From a virus (taxonomy: Duplodnaviria > Heunggongvirae > Uroviricota > Caudoviricetes), in the IMG/VR virus record IMGVR_UViG_3300046499_000850: DNA of 64,000 bases, one strand, 5' to 3'. Below, one piece after another: positions 55,658 to 64,000 of this stretch. The notes beneath the pieces are model-generated. The model was not told where the DNA came from. It did no database searches and saw nothing but the letters and a program-made list of their open reading frames with translations. A program made the translations under genes and the position numbers. The number at the start of each line of letters is the position of its first letter. The stretch's first letter is position 1.

Positions 55658-57310
55658 ATGCAAGACCCTTACACCAACCAGCCCTTCAACTCGTACGATC
55701 AGTACAACCAGGCTGGCGAGTACCGTGAACCGCCGCGATTCCCGCACCACTCGTCCCAGATCACGGTCGAGAGTCTGGTGTTCGTGCCGACCGGTACCTA
55801 CCAAGACCAGTATCGTCGCCCCTGGGTGACCGAAGTCAACCAAGACAACATCAATCAGGTGTACGAAACGGTGAGCCATGCCTACCGCGACTACCAGGCC
55901 AAGGTGGCGTCGGGTGCGGCTGCGCCAGATAGCAGCTACATGATCAACCCGCTCGATCTGTCGAACGTCTCGTCATCGTTCATCCGTCCAGCTGCGGCGG
56001 CCGAAGCCAAGGCCCGGGTGCGCCTCGAACACGGCCTGGGTTACCAGACCGCGCGTTTCATCATGGTGATCAGCGTGATGCGCCACGGCGCCGTGGAACC
56101 GAATCGTTACGTCATCAATGGTTACACGAACCACCTGGGTCTGCACCAGAAACACGGTCGTGCCGGCCAAAACAACAGCGACTTCGCGGTTGACCAGCAG
56201 ATGGAAATGACGGTGAACTCCATCATGGAAGTCCGCAATGTCTACCGCAACTACGGTTTCGGTGAACAGATGTCGACCGAAATGGTGTCGGTGAACCAGG
56301 TGTTGATCGACACCCAGTTCGAAACCGTCGACAATGCGGAAGTCATCCGTCTGCGCCCATACGAAGTCTCGGCGGCGCTGGCGCGCATGCATGATCCGCA
56401 AGTCAACCGTACCGGCGTGACCACCAACGACACGCGTTACGTGCAGACCGGCACGCCGGAGCTGTCGGATGTACACCACACCAACCCGAACGACTACATG
56501 GCCCGCATCATCTCGGGCTTGGCCAACGGGCGGGATCTGGCGGTGCGTACCGGCCAATCTGGCTTCGTCGATCCGTACAACAACGCCATGCGGGAACTGC
56601 GGGATGCATCGTCGCGCAACGACCCGTTCCTGAAGGCGATCGCCAATTTCGGGGATGGCATTGTCTCGGCCACGTTCACGTTCCGTGATCTGTTGCATGT
56701 CGATCCGAATGCAGAAGCCGATGGCATCTGTTTCATCAACATGCGTGACTACGGTTCGATGGCCAACGTGCGTGGCCAGAACATGGCGATCGGTAACTCG
56801 ACCTCGGAATGGCATGGTCAGGATCTGCCGACCCAGTGGGCTGCGCAGCTGGCGAACATGCTGTCGCCGATGATGATGGACATGGCCATGCGTAAAGTGG
56901 ACATCATCGCGACCAACAGCTTCGGTGAAGTATTCTGCAAAGCCACCAACGCACTGCCGTTCGTCAAAGGGGTGAACCTGACCCCGCAGCTGCAAGCGCT
57001 GGACCGGTTGTTCTACCAGCAGTTTGTGGCGCCGATGTCGATTGATAACCAGATGCGTTACGATATCGATGTCAATGCTGACTTGTTCGGTGAGATCACG
57101 ATCAAGATTTCGGTCGGCGGTAGCCCGCACTACGTGTACGTCTTCCCGGCGTTCATGTCGTCGGCAATGTCTCCGGTGTTGACCACGCGTCCCGATACGC
57201 TGGATCACATTGCCACCTCGTTCAAGCAGCTGCAGCAAGAAGTCATGCCGGCAGTTCGTCCGCTGGTGACCGAACTGGGTAGCACACCACCATCGGGTAA
57301 TCGTTATTAA
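55658..57310 (+). CDS. PicA/Imp1-like phage-nucleus import factor (phiKZ gp69 position)
   Basis: AGGAG SD; 550 aa; TGTYQDQYRRPW, YVINGYT, RLRPYEV; called mainly from gene order. Confidence 0.6.
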   Translation: MQDPYTNQPFNSYDQYNQAGEYREPPRFPHHSSQITVESLVFVPTGTYQDQYRRPWVTEVNQDNINQVYETVSHAYRDYQAKVASGAAAPDSSYMINPLDLSNVSSSFIRPAAAAEAKARVRLEHGLGYQTARFIMVISVMRHGAVEPNRYVINGYTNHLGLHQKHGRAGQNNSDFAVDQQMEMTVNSIMEVRNVYRNYGFGEQMSTEMVSVNQVLIDTQFETVDNAEVIRLRPYEVSAALARMHDPQVNRTGVTTNDTRYVQTGTPELSDVHHTNPNDYMARIISGLANGRDLAVRTGQSGFVDPYNNAMRELRDASSRNDPFLKAIANFGDGIVSATFTFRDLLHVDPNAEADGICFINMRDYGSMANVRGQNMAIGNSTSEWHGQDLPTQWAAQLANMLSPMMMDMAMRKVDIIATNSFGEVFCKATNALPFVKGVNLTPQLQALDRLFYQQFVAPMSIDNQMRYDIDVNADLFGEITIKISVGGSPHYVYVFPAFMSSAMSPVLTTRPDTLDHIATSFKQLQQEVMPAVRPLVTELGSTPPSGNRY

Positions 57311-57361
57311 AAACAGTAGCCTCACCTACGGGTGGGGCTACGCTACAAAAAGGAAATTAGC

Positions 57362-58690
57362 ATGAGTACAATCGACATGTTCGATACTTACGAAAAACTG
57401 TTGGTCACGACCGGTATGGAAGTGACCAGCGAAGGGTTCGTTCGCATGAAGATCGACGACGACGAGTACATCCCGGTGACCGGCAAAGACCAGAAGGTAG
57501 TGTGCCTGCCGCTGACCGAGCGTCTGCGTGACAAGAAAGTCGGTGAGTACGAAATCTTCCACCTGCTGAAAGACGGCGGCGCCAAGGACACCGACCTGAT
57601 GTCGCGTTATCGCCACTGGCTGATCAACCGCCTGAACATCGTGATCGGTGGCCTGGGTGGCATTCTGCTCGACATCGCTGCAAGCCCGGCCGTGACCAAG
57701 CGTCTGTCGCCGGAACAGCAGATGTACCTTGGTATGGTGGCAGAAGCCGATGGCGGCAGCGCCGAAGGCTGGGACAAACTGGCTGACATGGCATCCAAAG
57801 CCAACCAGATCCAACGCGTGTTCCTGTCGGTGTATCTGCAACCGGCCGCAGTGCTCGACGTCAACGGCGAGAAGAAGAGCTTCAACCGGGTGGCACGCTT
57901 CAACTTCCCGATCTTCGACGAACTGAAGAACGTCATCGCCGCCGACGACGCCTACAAAGCAGCGCCGAAGACCAAAAAGCCGACCAAGCCGGACGGCAAA
58001 GTCTTCGATGCTGCTGTGCGGGTCAAGGACCGTGAAGTCTTCATCGGCCTGATGAAGTACCTGTTGCCGGAGCTGGACGTGCCGCACCACTACGACGTGG
58101 GTAGCAACTCGCGTATCTCCCCGGGTCTGGACGCCATGATGCGTGGTGTGTTGCCGATCGCAGCGCACCTGAATGCCATCATGGACCTATTCGTCGGTGT
58201 CGATCCGGCGGTGGACCGTTCGATCCGTGAAATGCGCATCCCGGTCGAGTGGGCAGAAGCCTTCGACAACCTGGACGTGCTGTGGCTGCAGATCCGTTCG
58301 GTGCCGACCCAAGCCACCGGTGTGATCGATGAACCGGCACCGGTCGACCTGCGTGAGCAAGCCAAAGGTCAAGTGCAGCCGCCGTACGGTACGCCGGCAC
58401 CGCCACCCCCGCCGTGGCAAGTGCAACAACCGACCCCGTATACTCCGCCGCAACACGCGCAGCCGTATGGTTCGGCGTATCCGGTACCCGCTCCAGCACC
58501 ATCGCGGCAGGGTGGCCATGGTGGTATGGGTGTCAGCGACATGATGGCCGCCCTCGGTGCCCGTCCGCAGCAGCAATACCCGCAGCAAGGGTATCCGCAG
58601 CAGCAAGGTGGTTATTACCAGCCGGCACCGCAAGGCTACCCGCAACAAGGTGGCTATGCTCCGCCCCCGGGGCCGCAGCGCCGTTATTAA
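57362..58690 (+). CDS. Conserved protein (phiKZ gp70 position) with P/Q/Y/G low-complexity tail
   Basis: AAGGA SD; C-terminal YPQQG repeats. Confidence 0.7.
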   Translation: MSTIDMFDTYEKLLVTTGMEVTSEGFVRMKIDDDEYIPVTGKDQKVVCLPLTERLRDKKVGEYEIFHLLKDGGAKDTDLMSRYRHWLINRLNIVIGGLGGILLDIAASPAVTKRLSPEQQMYLGMVAEADGGSAEGWDKLADMASKANQIQRVFLSVYLQPAAVLDVNGEKKSFNRVARFNFPIFDELKNVIAADDAYKAAPKTKKPTKPDGKVFDAAVRVKDREVFIGLMKYLLPELDVPHHYDVGSNSRISPGLDAMMRGVLPIAAHLNAIMDLFVGVDPAVDRSIREMRIPVEWAEAFDNLDVLWLQIRSVPTQATGVIDEPAPVDLREQAKGQVQPPYGTPAPPPPPWQVQQPTPYTPPQHAQPYGSAYPVPAPAPSRQGGHGGMGVSDMMAALGARPQQQYPQQGYPQQQGGYYQPAPQGYPQQGGYAPPPGPQRRY

Positions 58691-58698
58691 TCCGTAAA

Positions 58699-58750
58699 AC
58701 GGCATAAGGCCAACCTACCCCAGCTGAGGGGTAGGTTGGTTTTTCGTCTT
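58699..58750. terminator. Hairpin between convergent genes with minus-strand TATGCCGT
   Basis: ACGGCATA at 58699-58706; gccaacctacccc-agctga-ggggtaggttggt followed by a T run. Confidence 0.8.
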
Positions 58751-58800
58751 ATGGTTTAATTTTTTCTACTGTTTCTGTTAAAAAAGATCAGCAGGCCCTA

Positions 58801-59136
58801 TTAGCTGATGCGCGATAAACTGTTGTGGGATTGTGCAATCTTTTCCACAACAGTGTAGTCGGGGAACAGCATGACTTGGATATCTTCCGTGAACTGATTC
58901 GGGGAAGTATACTGGTTCAAGCGCATCACCAACCAGTGGTACTGCCGTGGTACACCTTTTTGGCTGAGCAAACCAAAGAAGTCGCCACGCCATTGGTAAG
59001 CTTCATCGGGCTGGAGCACCACCACCTGACAATAGTTTTCTCGCAGGTAGCTCATGTGGTCTTCGAGGACATTGCGAAACTCGGGATCGTAAAAAATATC
59101 TGGTCCAGGATCAACCATCAGATTAGTGAGCGCCAT
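58801..59136 (-). CDS. Small conserved protein, possibly LysM/tail-X-like
   Basis: GAGGTG SD; AYQWRGDFFGLL...HWLVMRLNQYTSP. Confidence 0.6.
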   Translation of the reverse strand: MALTNLMVDPGPDIFYDPEFRNVLEDHMSYLRENYCQVVVLQPDEAYQWRGDFFGLLSQKGVPRQYHWLVMRLNQYTSPNQFTEDIQVMLFPDYTVVEKIAQSHNSLSRIS

Positions 59137-59156
59137 TTATCACCTCAACAAGCGTT

Positions 59157-59190
59157 AGAAAATTGTAAGACTATATCACTAAAATAGAGT
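59157..59190 (+). promoter_or_regulatory. Putative early promoter TATATCAC
   Basis: gaaaatt...TATATCAC at 59172-59179. Confidence 0.7.
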
Positions 59191-59242
59191 CAAGGACTCC
59201 ATAAGTAATAACAAAAAGTCGTTCGTCTTATTTACAAAAAGG

Positions 59243-61504
59243 ATGTGTATGAGTCACAATGATCCAGCACGTGTCGACTTAGGTTACCCGACCACCTACC
59301 GGGAAATCAAACCGTCACTGCCTGTTCCCAATGAGCATTTTCCGCAAGGCGAAAGCATCATGGCGGTCAACGCGTTCAACGCCGCGATCTCCGCTTCGCG
59401 TAAGCAGATGTATGGTAACAACTTGGGACAGATCGTCGTGGTTGACGGTGTAACAGAACGGATTATCCAGACAGGCATGGACACCCTGCTGGTCGACACC
59501 ACGTTCTCGCAGCGCATGCCAGCAAAAGGCCAGATCATCGGCATTTACCACCGTTATGAACGTAAAGAAGGGGAGACTTCGTTCAAGACCAGCCCGCCGC
59601 AAACGGTGTTGGTGTTCCGTTCGTTTGACGCTAGCGCCGACTATGAGTACGGCATGGTAAGCTTGACGGACTACAGTACATTTCACCCCTACCTCGGCTT
59701 TAGCTATGTCGACAAAGGGATGGGGGTTCACATCGGTCAAACCATCGAGAAGGACCATGTGTTCCGTGATTCGCCAGGCGTTATCACCGATATGGACGAT
59801 CCGGACAAAGGCAGCGATTACGGCTTTAGCGTGACCATCAACGTCGCCATGATGGGCCTGCGTGATGTGGCTGAAGACGGGATTGTGATTTCCCGTGGCG
59901 CGCTGAAGAAGTTCGGGTTCAACACCTTCGAGCGTCGTACAGTGGAGTTCGGTCAGCACCAATTCCCGTTGAATCTGTACGGGAACCCGAACGACCCATC
60001 GGACTATAAGATCCACCCAGACATCGGCGAAAAGATCAACCCCGATGGGATCTTGATGGCGCTGCGCACGTACCGCCCAGACCTGGCAATCGCCGAGATG
60101 AGCGTGAATGCGTGCCGCCGTGTTGACTTCATGTTCGATGAAAAGATCGTCGCCGACGGCGAAGTGATCGACATCAAGGTGCACCACGACACCAACACGG
60201 GCATCGCCGGCACCCCAGCGGTCATGGAAGTGCAACCACTGAAGTACGACGCGGGTCGCCGGGAATTCCTGGCCGGGATTTTGCGTTGGTGGAATGACAT
60301 CCAGCGTCAAATGGGTCGGGCACCCGATCTGCAACCGCAGCTGCACAACCTGATCATCGAAGCGATCTCGGTCCTCACCCCGAATCAAGACAACAACACC
60401 GTCGTCAAGGTCCACAAGAAAACCCGGATCGACGATTACCGGATCGAGTTCACTATCAAGAACAAGATCATCCCGAACATGGGTAACAAGTTCACGGACT
60501 TGTTCGGTGGTAAAGGGGTGGTGGTCTCCATCTGGGAAGATGAAGACATGCCGGTGGATGCCGATGGCAACCGCGCTGAGATGATCTTCGACCAAGCAGC
60601 GGTGAATAACCGCATGATTCCTGGTCGTTTGTATGAACACATCATCAATGGTGCCGCACGCGATATGTACAAAGAAGTCGTGCGTATCCTCGGCGTACAA
60701 GACCGTCAGCGTCGTGGTCAAATGATGCAGCAACTGATCCGTGTGCAGAACGAGCGCCCGCAAGATCTGTCGCGTGCGTGGGAATACCTGCTGGGCTTCT
60801 ACGCTATTACGGTACCGAAGCAAGCTGCGATCTTCCGCAACGGCGAATATGGCTCCAGCCCGCTGTCGCACCTGTCATACATCCTGTCGAAGGGTCACGT
60901 GGTGCTGTACATGCGTTCGGACCATGAACTGATGCTGAAGAACATGGTGGCGGACATCCAACGTCTGTACCCGTCGACCTTCACCCCGGTTACGTACCGT
61001 GGCGCGTCGGGTAACATCGTGACCACCGAAGAACCAATCCGGATCGCCCCGCTGTCGATCATCATGCTAGAGAAGATCGCCGATAGTTGGTCGGCCGTGG
61101 CCTCGACTCGTCGTCAGCACGCTGGTGTGCTCGCTACGCTGTCGAATGCAGACAAGTATTCAGAGCGTATCCGTAATCAGCCGACCAAAGCGTACGGTGA
61201 ATCGGAAATTCGCATCGTGATCTCCTACTCGGGCACGTTGACGGCCGCAGAAATTCTCGACCGGAACAACAGCGTGGAAACCCACAAAGCCATGTGCTGG
61301 AGCATCTTCGAGGCGGAGTCGCCGACCCGGATCGCCCGGGCAGTGGATCGCAATGTCATCCCACTCGATGGTTCGCGTTCGCTGCAAACGGTCAACCACG
61401 TCTGGGCATGCTCGGGTATGGAAATGACCTGGGATGCGTATCGTCCGACCCACCCGGCTCACCGCGCCATGCCGAACCTGCACGAACTGCGTCGCGCCGC
61501 GTAA
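59243..61504 (+). CDS. nvRNAP beta C-terminal subunit (phiKZ gp71-73-like), uninterrupted
   Basis: SASRKQM; AEDGIVIS; MGNKFTDLFGGKGVV..I.EDEDMPVDADGNRAE...NRMIPGRLYE; YGESEIR. Confidence 0.92.
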   Translation: MCMSHNDPARVDLGYPTTYREIKPSLPVPNEHFPQGESIMAVNAFNAAISASRKQMYGNNLGQIVVVDGVTERIIQTGMDTLLVDTTFSQRMPAKGQIIGIYHRYERKEGETSFKTSPPQTVLVFRSFDASADYEYGMVSLTDYSTFHPYLGFSYVDKGMGVHIGQTIEKDHVFRDSPGVITDMDDPDKGSDYGFSVTINVAMMGLRDVAEDGIVISRGALKKFGFNTFERRTVEFGQHQFPLNLYGNPNDPSDYKIHPDIGEKINPDGILMALRTYRPDLAIAEMSVNACRRVDFMFDEKIVADGEVIDIKVHHDTNTGIAGTPAVMEVQPLKYDAGRREFLAGILRWWNDIQRQMGRAPDLQPQLHNLIIEAISVLTPNQDNNTVVKVHKKTRIDDYRIEFTIKNKIIPNMGNKFTDLFGGKGVVVSIWEDEDMPVDADGNRAEMIFDQAAVNNRMIPGRLYEHIINGAARDMYKEVVRILGVQDRQRRGQMMQQLIRVQNERPQDLSRAWEYLLGFYAITVPKQAAIFRNGEYGSSPLSHLSYILSKGHVVLYMRSDHELMLKNMVADIQRLYPSTFTPVTYRGASGNIVTTEEPIRIAPLSIIMLEKIADSWSAVASTRRQHAGVLATLSNADKYSERIRNQPTKAYGESEIRIVISYSGTLTAAEILDRNNSVETHKAMCWSIFEAESPTRIARAVDRNVIPLDGSRSLQTVNHVWACSGMEMTWDAYRPTHPAHRAMPNLHELRRAA

Positions 61505-61555
61505 CCACCATGAAGCCGCCCCGCCACCTTGGGGCGGTCTTTGAGGAAAGAAAGA

Positions 61556-63691
61556 ATGACCACGACTGAACCATTGCAACGCATTGCTGCTCGAACCCTG
61601 CTGCAGATTCCAGCAGCAGATCTGTGGAACTGGATCACCGGACCGTTTATTCTGGTGATGGATGACATGGAGGAGATTCCGACCAACCACGTTGAAACCT
61701 GTTACAGCAGTTACGCTTGGGACTTCCATCGCCGCTATCCCAACACACCGTTGTTGGCAGAACATCACATCCGTGGTATTCTGCGCTGGGATGGTAGCAC
61801 CGGTATCCCAGGCCGCTTGTCGATCAACGCTGACCTCGATCTGTTCGGCAATTGCATGATGGCGACTTACGATGCCTACCGCGATACGCCGGAGAAGATC
61901 AACCGCGTGACCTTGTGGAAACAGATGGCGGAGATGATGAATTTCCACTACTGCCACTTCATCAAGTACGCGGATCGCTACGTGGGCACGATCGACATCC
62001 TGCACTTCCATGAAGCGATGGATGACCCGGAGATCTACGCCGCCAACCAGGCTGTTCAGCGCGGTGAGATCCACATCCACGAGGTGTACGCGATCATCGA
62101 CCGGGTGTTCAAAAAGTCCAAGCGCTTGATGCACAACCCGCTGGTGCGCGAGTACCGCTCGAAGCTGCTCAAGCAAACCCAGGTGCACCAAAACATCGGC
62201 CCTCGTGGCCGGCCTACCGACATGAACTCGCGGATCTTCCAGCACACGATCCGTACCGGTTACGTCGAAGGTATCAACCCGATTGCCGATTCGGCAATTG
62301 AAACGCGTTCTGCTGCCCGCGCATCGTACTATGCGGCCGAATCGCTGCGCATGTCCGAGTACTTCTCGCGCAAGCTGCAGTTCGTGTCGCAGAACGTGCG
62401 CAACATCCACCAAGACTGCGATTGCGGTTCGACCCAGTATCTGGAATGGAAGATGCATGGTAGTAAGAAGGATGAAAACGGTGAGGAGGTGCGGGCCAGC
62501 GACTTGATTCTGCTCGACGGCAAGTACTATCTTAATGAGAGGACTGGTCAGCTCGAACCAATTCGGCGTGACTCGGTGCATTTGCTGGGTCAAACGGTGC
62601 GTCTGCGCACCACGCTGCATTGTGCCCACCCCGACCCGGTCGGCGTGTGTTCGACCTGTTTCGGCGAATTGGCGTTTAACGTGCCACCCGATGCCAACAT
62701 CGGTCAATGGTGCGCAACCACCATGGCAGAGCAAGCAACCCAAGCCCTGCTGTCGGCCAAACACTTGGAGAAATCCAGTGCGTTGGAACGGATCGTGATC
62801 GATCCACCGTACGATAAATACATCGCCGGTGGCCTGAACAATTCGTCGTATGTCCTTAGTAAGGAGATCGAAGACAAAGACGTAAGTATCATCTTGCTGC
62901 GCAGCCAGGTCGAAAGCCTGCACGACATCAAGAACGTCGAAGACATCGAAGAGCATCCGGAAGAGCACTACAGCGAACTGACCACCCTCAACATCAAGAT
63001 CGCCGAAGGACTGGACACACCCATGACCCCGACACCGGGTAGCAAGAACCAGGTGATCAGCAGCCACTTCACGGTGGCCGTGCCGGTGGGTGTGGTGGGC
63101 AGTCGGGAAGCCAGCTTGTCGTACGAGATGTTAAATTACATCCGTGAGCATGGTTACCGGACAGTCTCGGGTGCCGATGGACAGCAACGTGCCGGCCAGC
63201 GCAATGAAGATCGTTACGAGATCGACATGACCGACTGGAACTGGGACGATCCGATCCTCGTGATGCCCGCCAAGCACTTCAACAACTCCGATCACGTCGA
63301 CCAAGTCGCGCGTCGTCTGGAGTCACGTGTGGCGGAGATGCGCAAACGGGCGCGCATTGAAACTGCGGACAAGATGATTCTGGACCTGTTCAACTTCGTT
63401 AACATGAAGCTGAACGTAAACTTGTCGTGCTTGGAGGTCATTCTGTATGCGACCACCATCATCTCGGCAGAGCACAACGATTACGGCTTGCCCAAGCCAT
63501 GGACGACGTCACAACCGTCAGTGCTGTCCATGACCATGAAGGGCCGTAGTTTGTCGGTGTTGATGGCGTTTGAAAAGCAGTACGAAGCGCTCATCGATCC
63601 AGCCAGCTTCATCCACACGAACCGCTTGGACCACCTGTTCGATGGCATCTATACTCCAACACAAGTCTATGGCAATCCACAACTAGCATGA
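61556..63691 (+). CDS. nvRNAP beta' C-terminal subunit (phiKZ gp74-like)
   Basis: QNIGPRG, SEYFSRKLQ, DCGS, Zn site RTTLHC....VCSTCFG, NIG...TQALLSAKH. Confidence 0.92.
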   Translation: MTTTEPLQRIAARTLLQIPAADLWNWITGPFILVMDDMEEIPTNHVETCYSSYAWDFHRRYPNTPLLAEHHIRGILRWDGSTGIPGRLSINADLDLFGNCMMATYDAYRDTPEKINRVTLWKQMAEMMNFHYCHFIKYADRYVGTIDILHFHEAMDDPEIYAANQAVQRGEIHIHEVYAIIDRVFKKSKRLMHNPLVREYRSKLLKQTQVHQNIGPRGRPTDMNSRIFQHTIRTGYVEGINPIADSAIETRSAARASYYAAESLRMSEYFSRKLQFVSQNVRNIHQDCDCGSTQYLEWKMHGSKKDENGEEVRASDLILLDGKYYLNERTGQLEPIRRDSVHLLGQTVRLRTTLHCAHPDPVGVCSTCFGELAFNVPPDANIGQWCATTMAEQATQALLSAKHLEKSSALERIVIDPPYDKYIAGGLNNSSYVLSKEIEDKDVSIILLRSQVESLHDIKNVEDIEEHPEEHYSELTTLNIKIAEGLDTPMTPTPGSKNQVISSHFTVAVPVGVVGSREASLSYEMLNYIREHGYRTVSGADGQQRAGQRNEDRYEIDMTDWNWDDPILVMPAKHFNNSDHVDQVARRLESRVAEMRKRARIETADKMILDLFNFVNMKLNVNLSCLEVILYATTIISAEHNDYGLPKPWTTSQPSVLSMTMKGRSLSVLMAFEKQYEALIDPASFIHTNRLDHLFDGIYTPTQVYGNPQLA

Positions 63692-64000
63692 CATCTGCGA
63701 CCATCACGGTCGGATCACATCACTTCGTGATCACCCGTGCCGATGCACGCGTTCGGGCGGCCTGCCGCGAATTCTCTCGTCCACTCATCGTGTACAAGAA
63801 AGAGTTTGCCGGCTATGGTCGCCCGAAAATTACCGTGCCCGATCGTTGTTACGCGGCAGCCACAGCGTCGCGTAGCGAACACCGTTACCATATCAACCAT
63901 CTGGAGGACTTCAAGAAGTTGTTGTACCGCCATCAGTTGGATGGTGAAGGTATGATTGAGTGGAATACGATTGATTCGTACGAAGCCGACCCGATGGAAT
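63688..64000 (+). CDS. N-terminal part of a probable SF2 helicase (phiKZ gp75 position), truncated by the window end
   Basis: ATGA overlap with beta'-C; open frame MTSATITVGSHHFVIT... runs to the edge. Function inferred from gene order only; no helicase motifs are visible in the window. Confidence 0.5.
   Translation, partial: MTSATITVGSHHFVITRADARVRAACREFSRPLIVYKKEFAGYGRPKITVPDRCYAAATASRSEHRYHINHLEDFKKLLYRHQLDGEGMIEWNTIDSYEADPME

Noticed and set aside
59243-61504. Intron or intein in nvRNAP beta-C (phiKZ gp71-73 is interrupted)
   Set aside because: The ORF is continuous with all motifs in one frame. No intein or intron signature is visible here, or in terminase or DNA polymerase.
5598-63067. 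Many long antisense ORFs (e.g. 5598-6482, 6792-8699, 40835-42142, 43591-45621, 55973-57325, 61160-63067)
   Set aside because: They lie opposite well-supported genes with strong codon bias, lack SD sequences and show no recognisable motifs. They are shadow ORFs.
43612-64000. Chimallin, PhuZ and split RNAP genes as a new system
   Set aside because: These are the already described phage-nucleus core genes of Chimalliviridae.

Overview
This 64 kb window comes from a nucleus-forming, phiKZ-like jumbo phage (Chimalliviridae-type). The host is probably a proteobacterium, possibly a betaproteobacterium, judging only from how the Hcp sequence looks. The core blocks are: a GIY-YIG homing endonuclease next to the prohead protease; the tail tube, tail sheath, three structural genes and the large terminase (phiKZ gp30-gp25 order); an accessory early region; PhuZ tubulin; a family B DNA polymerase subunit; chimallin; and the non-virion RNA polymerase (nvRNAP) block, running from beta'-N (split by an HNH-carrying group I intron) through an SbcD-like nuclease, ChmC-, gp68-, PicA/Imp1- and gp70-like genes to beta-C, beta'-C and the start of a helicase. 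The most striking unexplained items are: (1) a complete type VI secretion Hcp + Rap1a/Tai immunity + Tae4 amidase cassette in a lytic-type jumbo phage; (2) directly upstream, an ~800 nt structured non-coding RNA region containing a tRNA-like fold with a very long anticodon arm; (3) a group I intron in the RNAP catalytic DFDG|D motif whose pairing predicts a terminal A instead of the usual G; (4) a tandem array of about nine small, mostly membrane-type proteins sharing an N-terminal amphipathic motif; (5) a strand-coherent hairpin + TATGCCGT signal at gene ends. Assignments to phiKZ gene numbers rest on motifs, size and remembered gene order. No database search was run.
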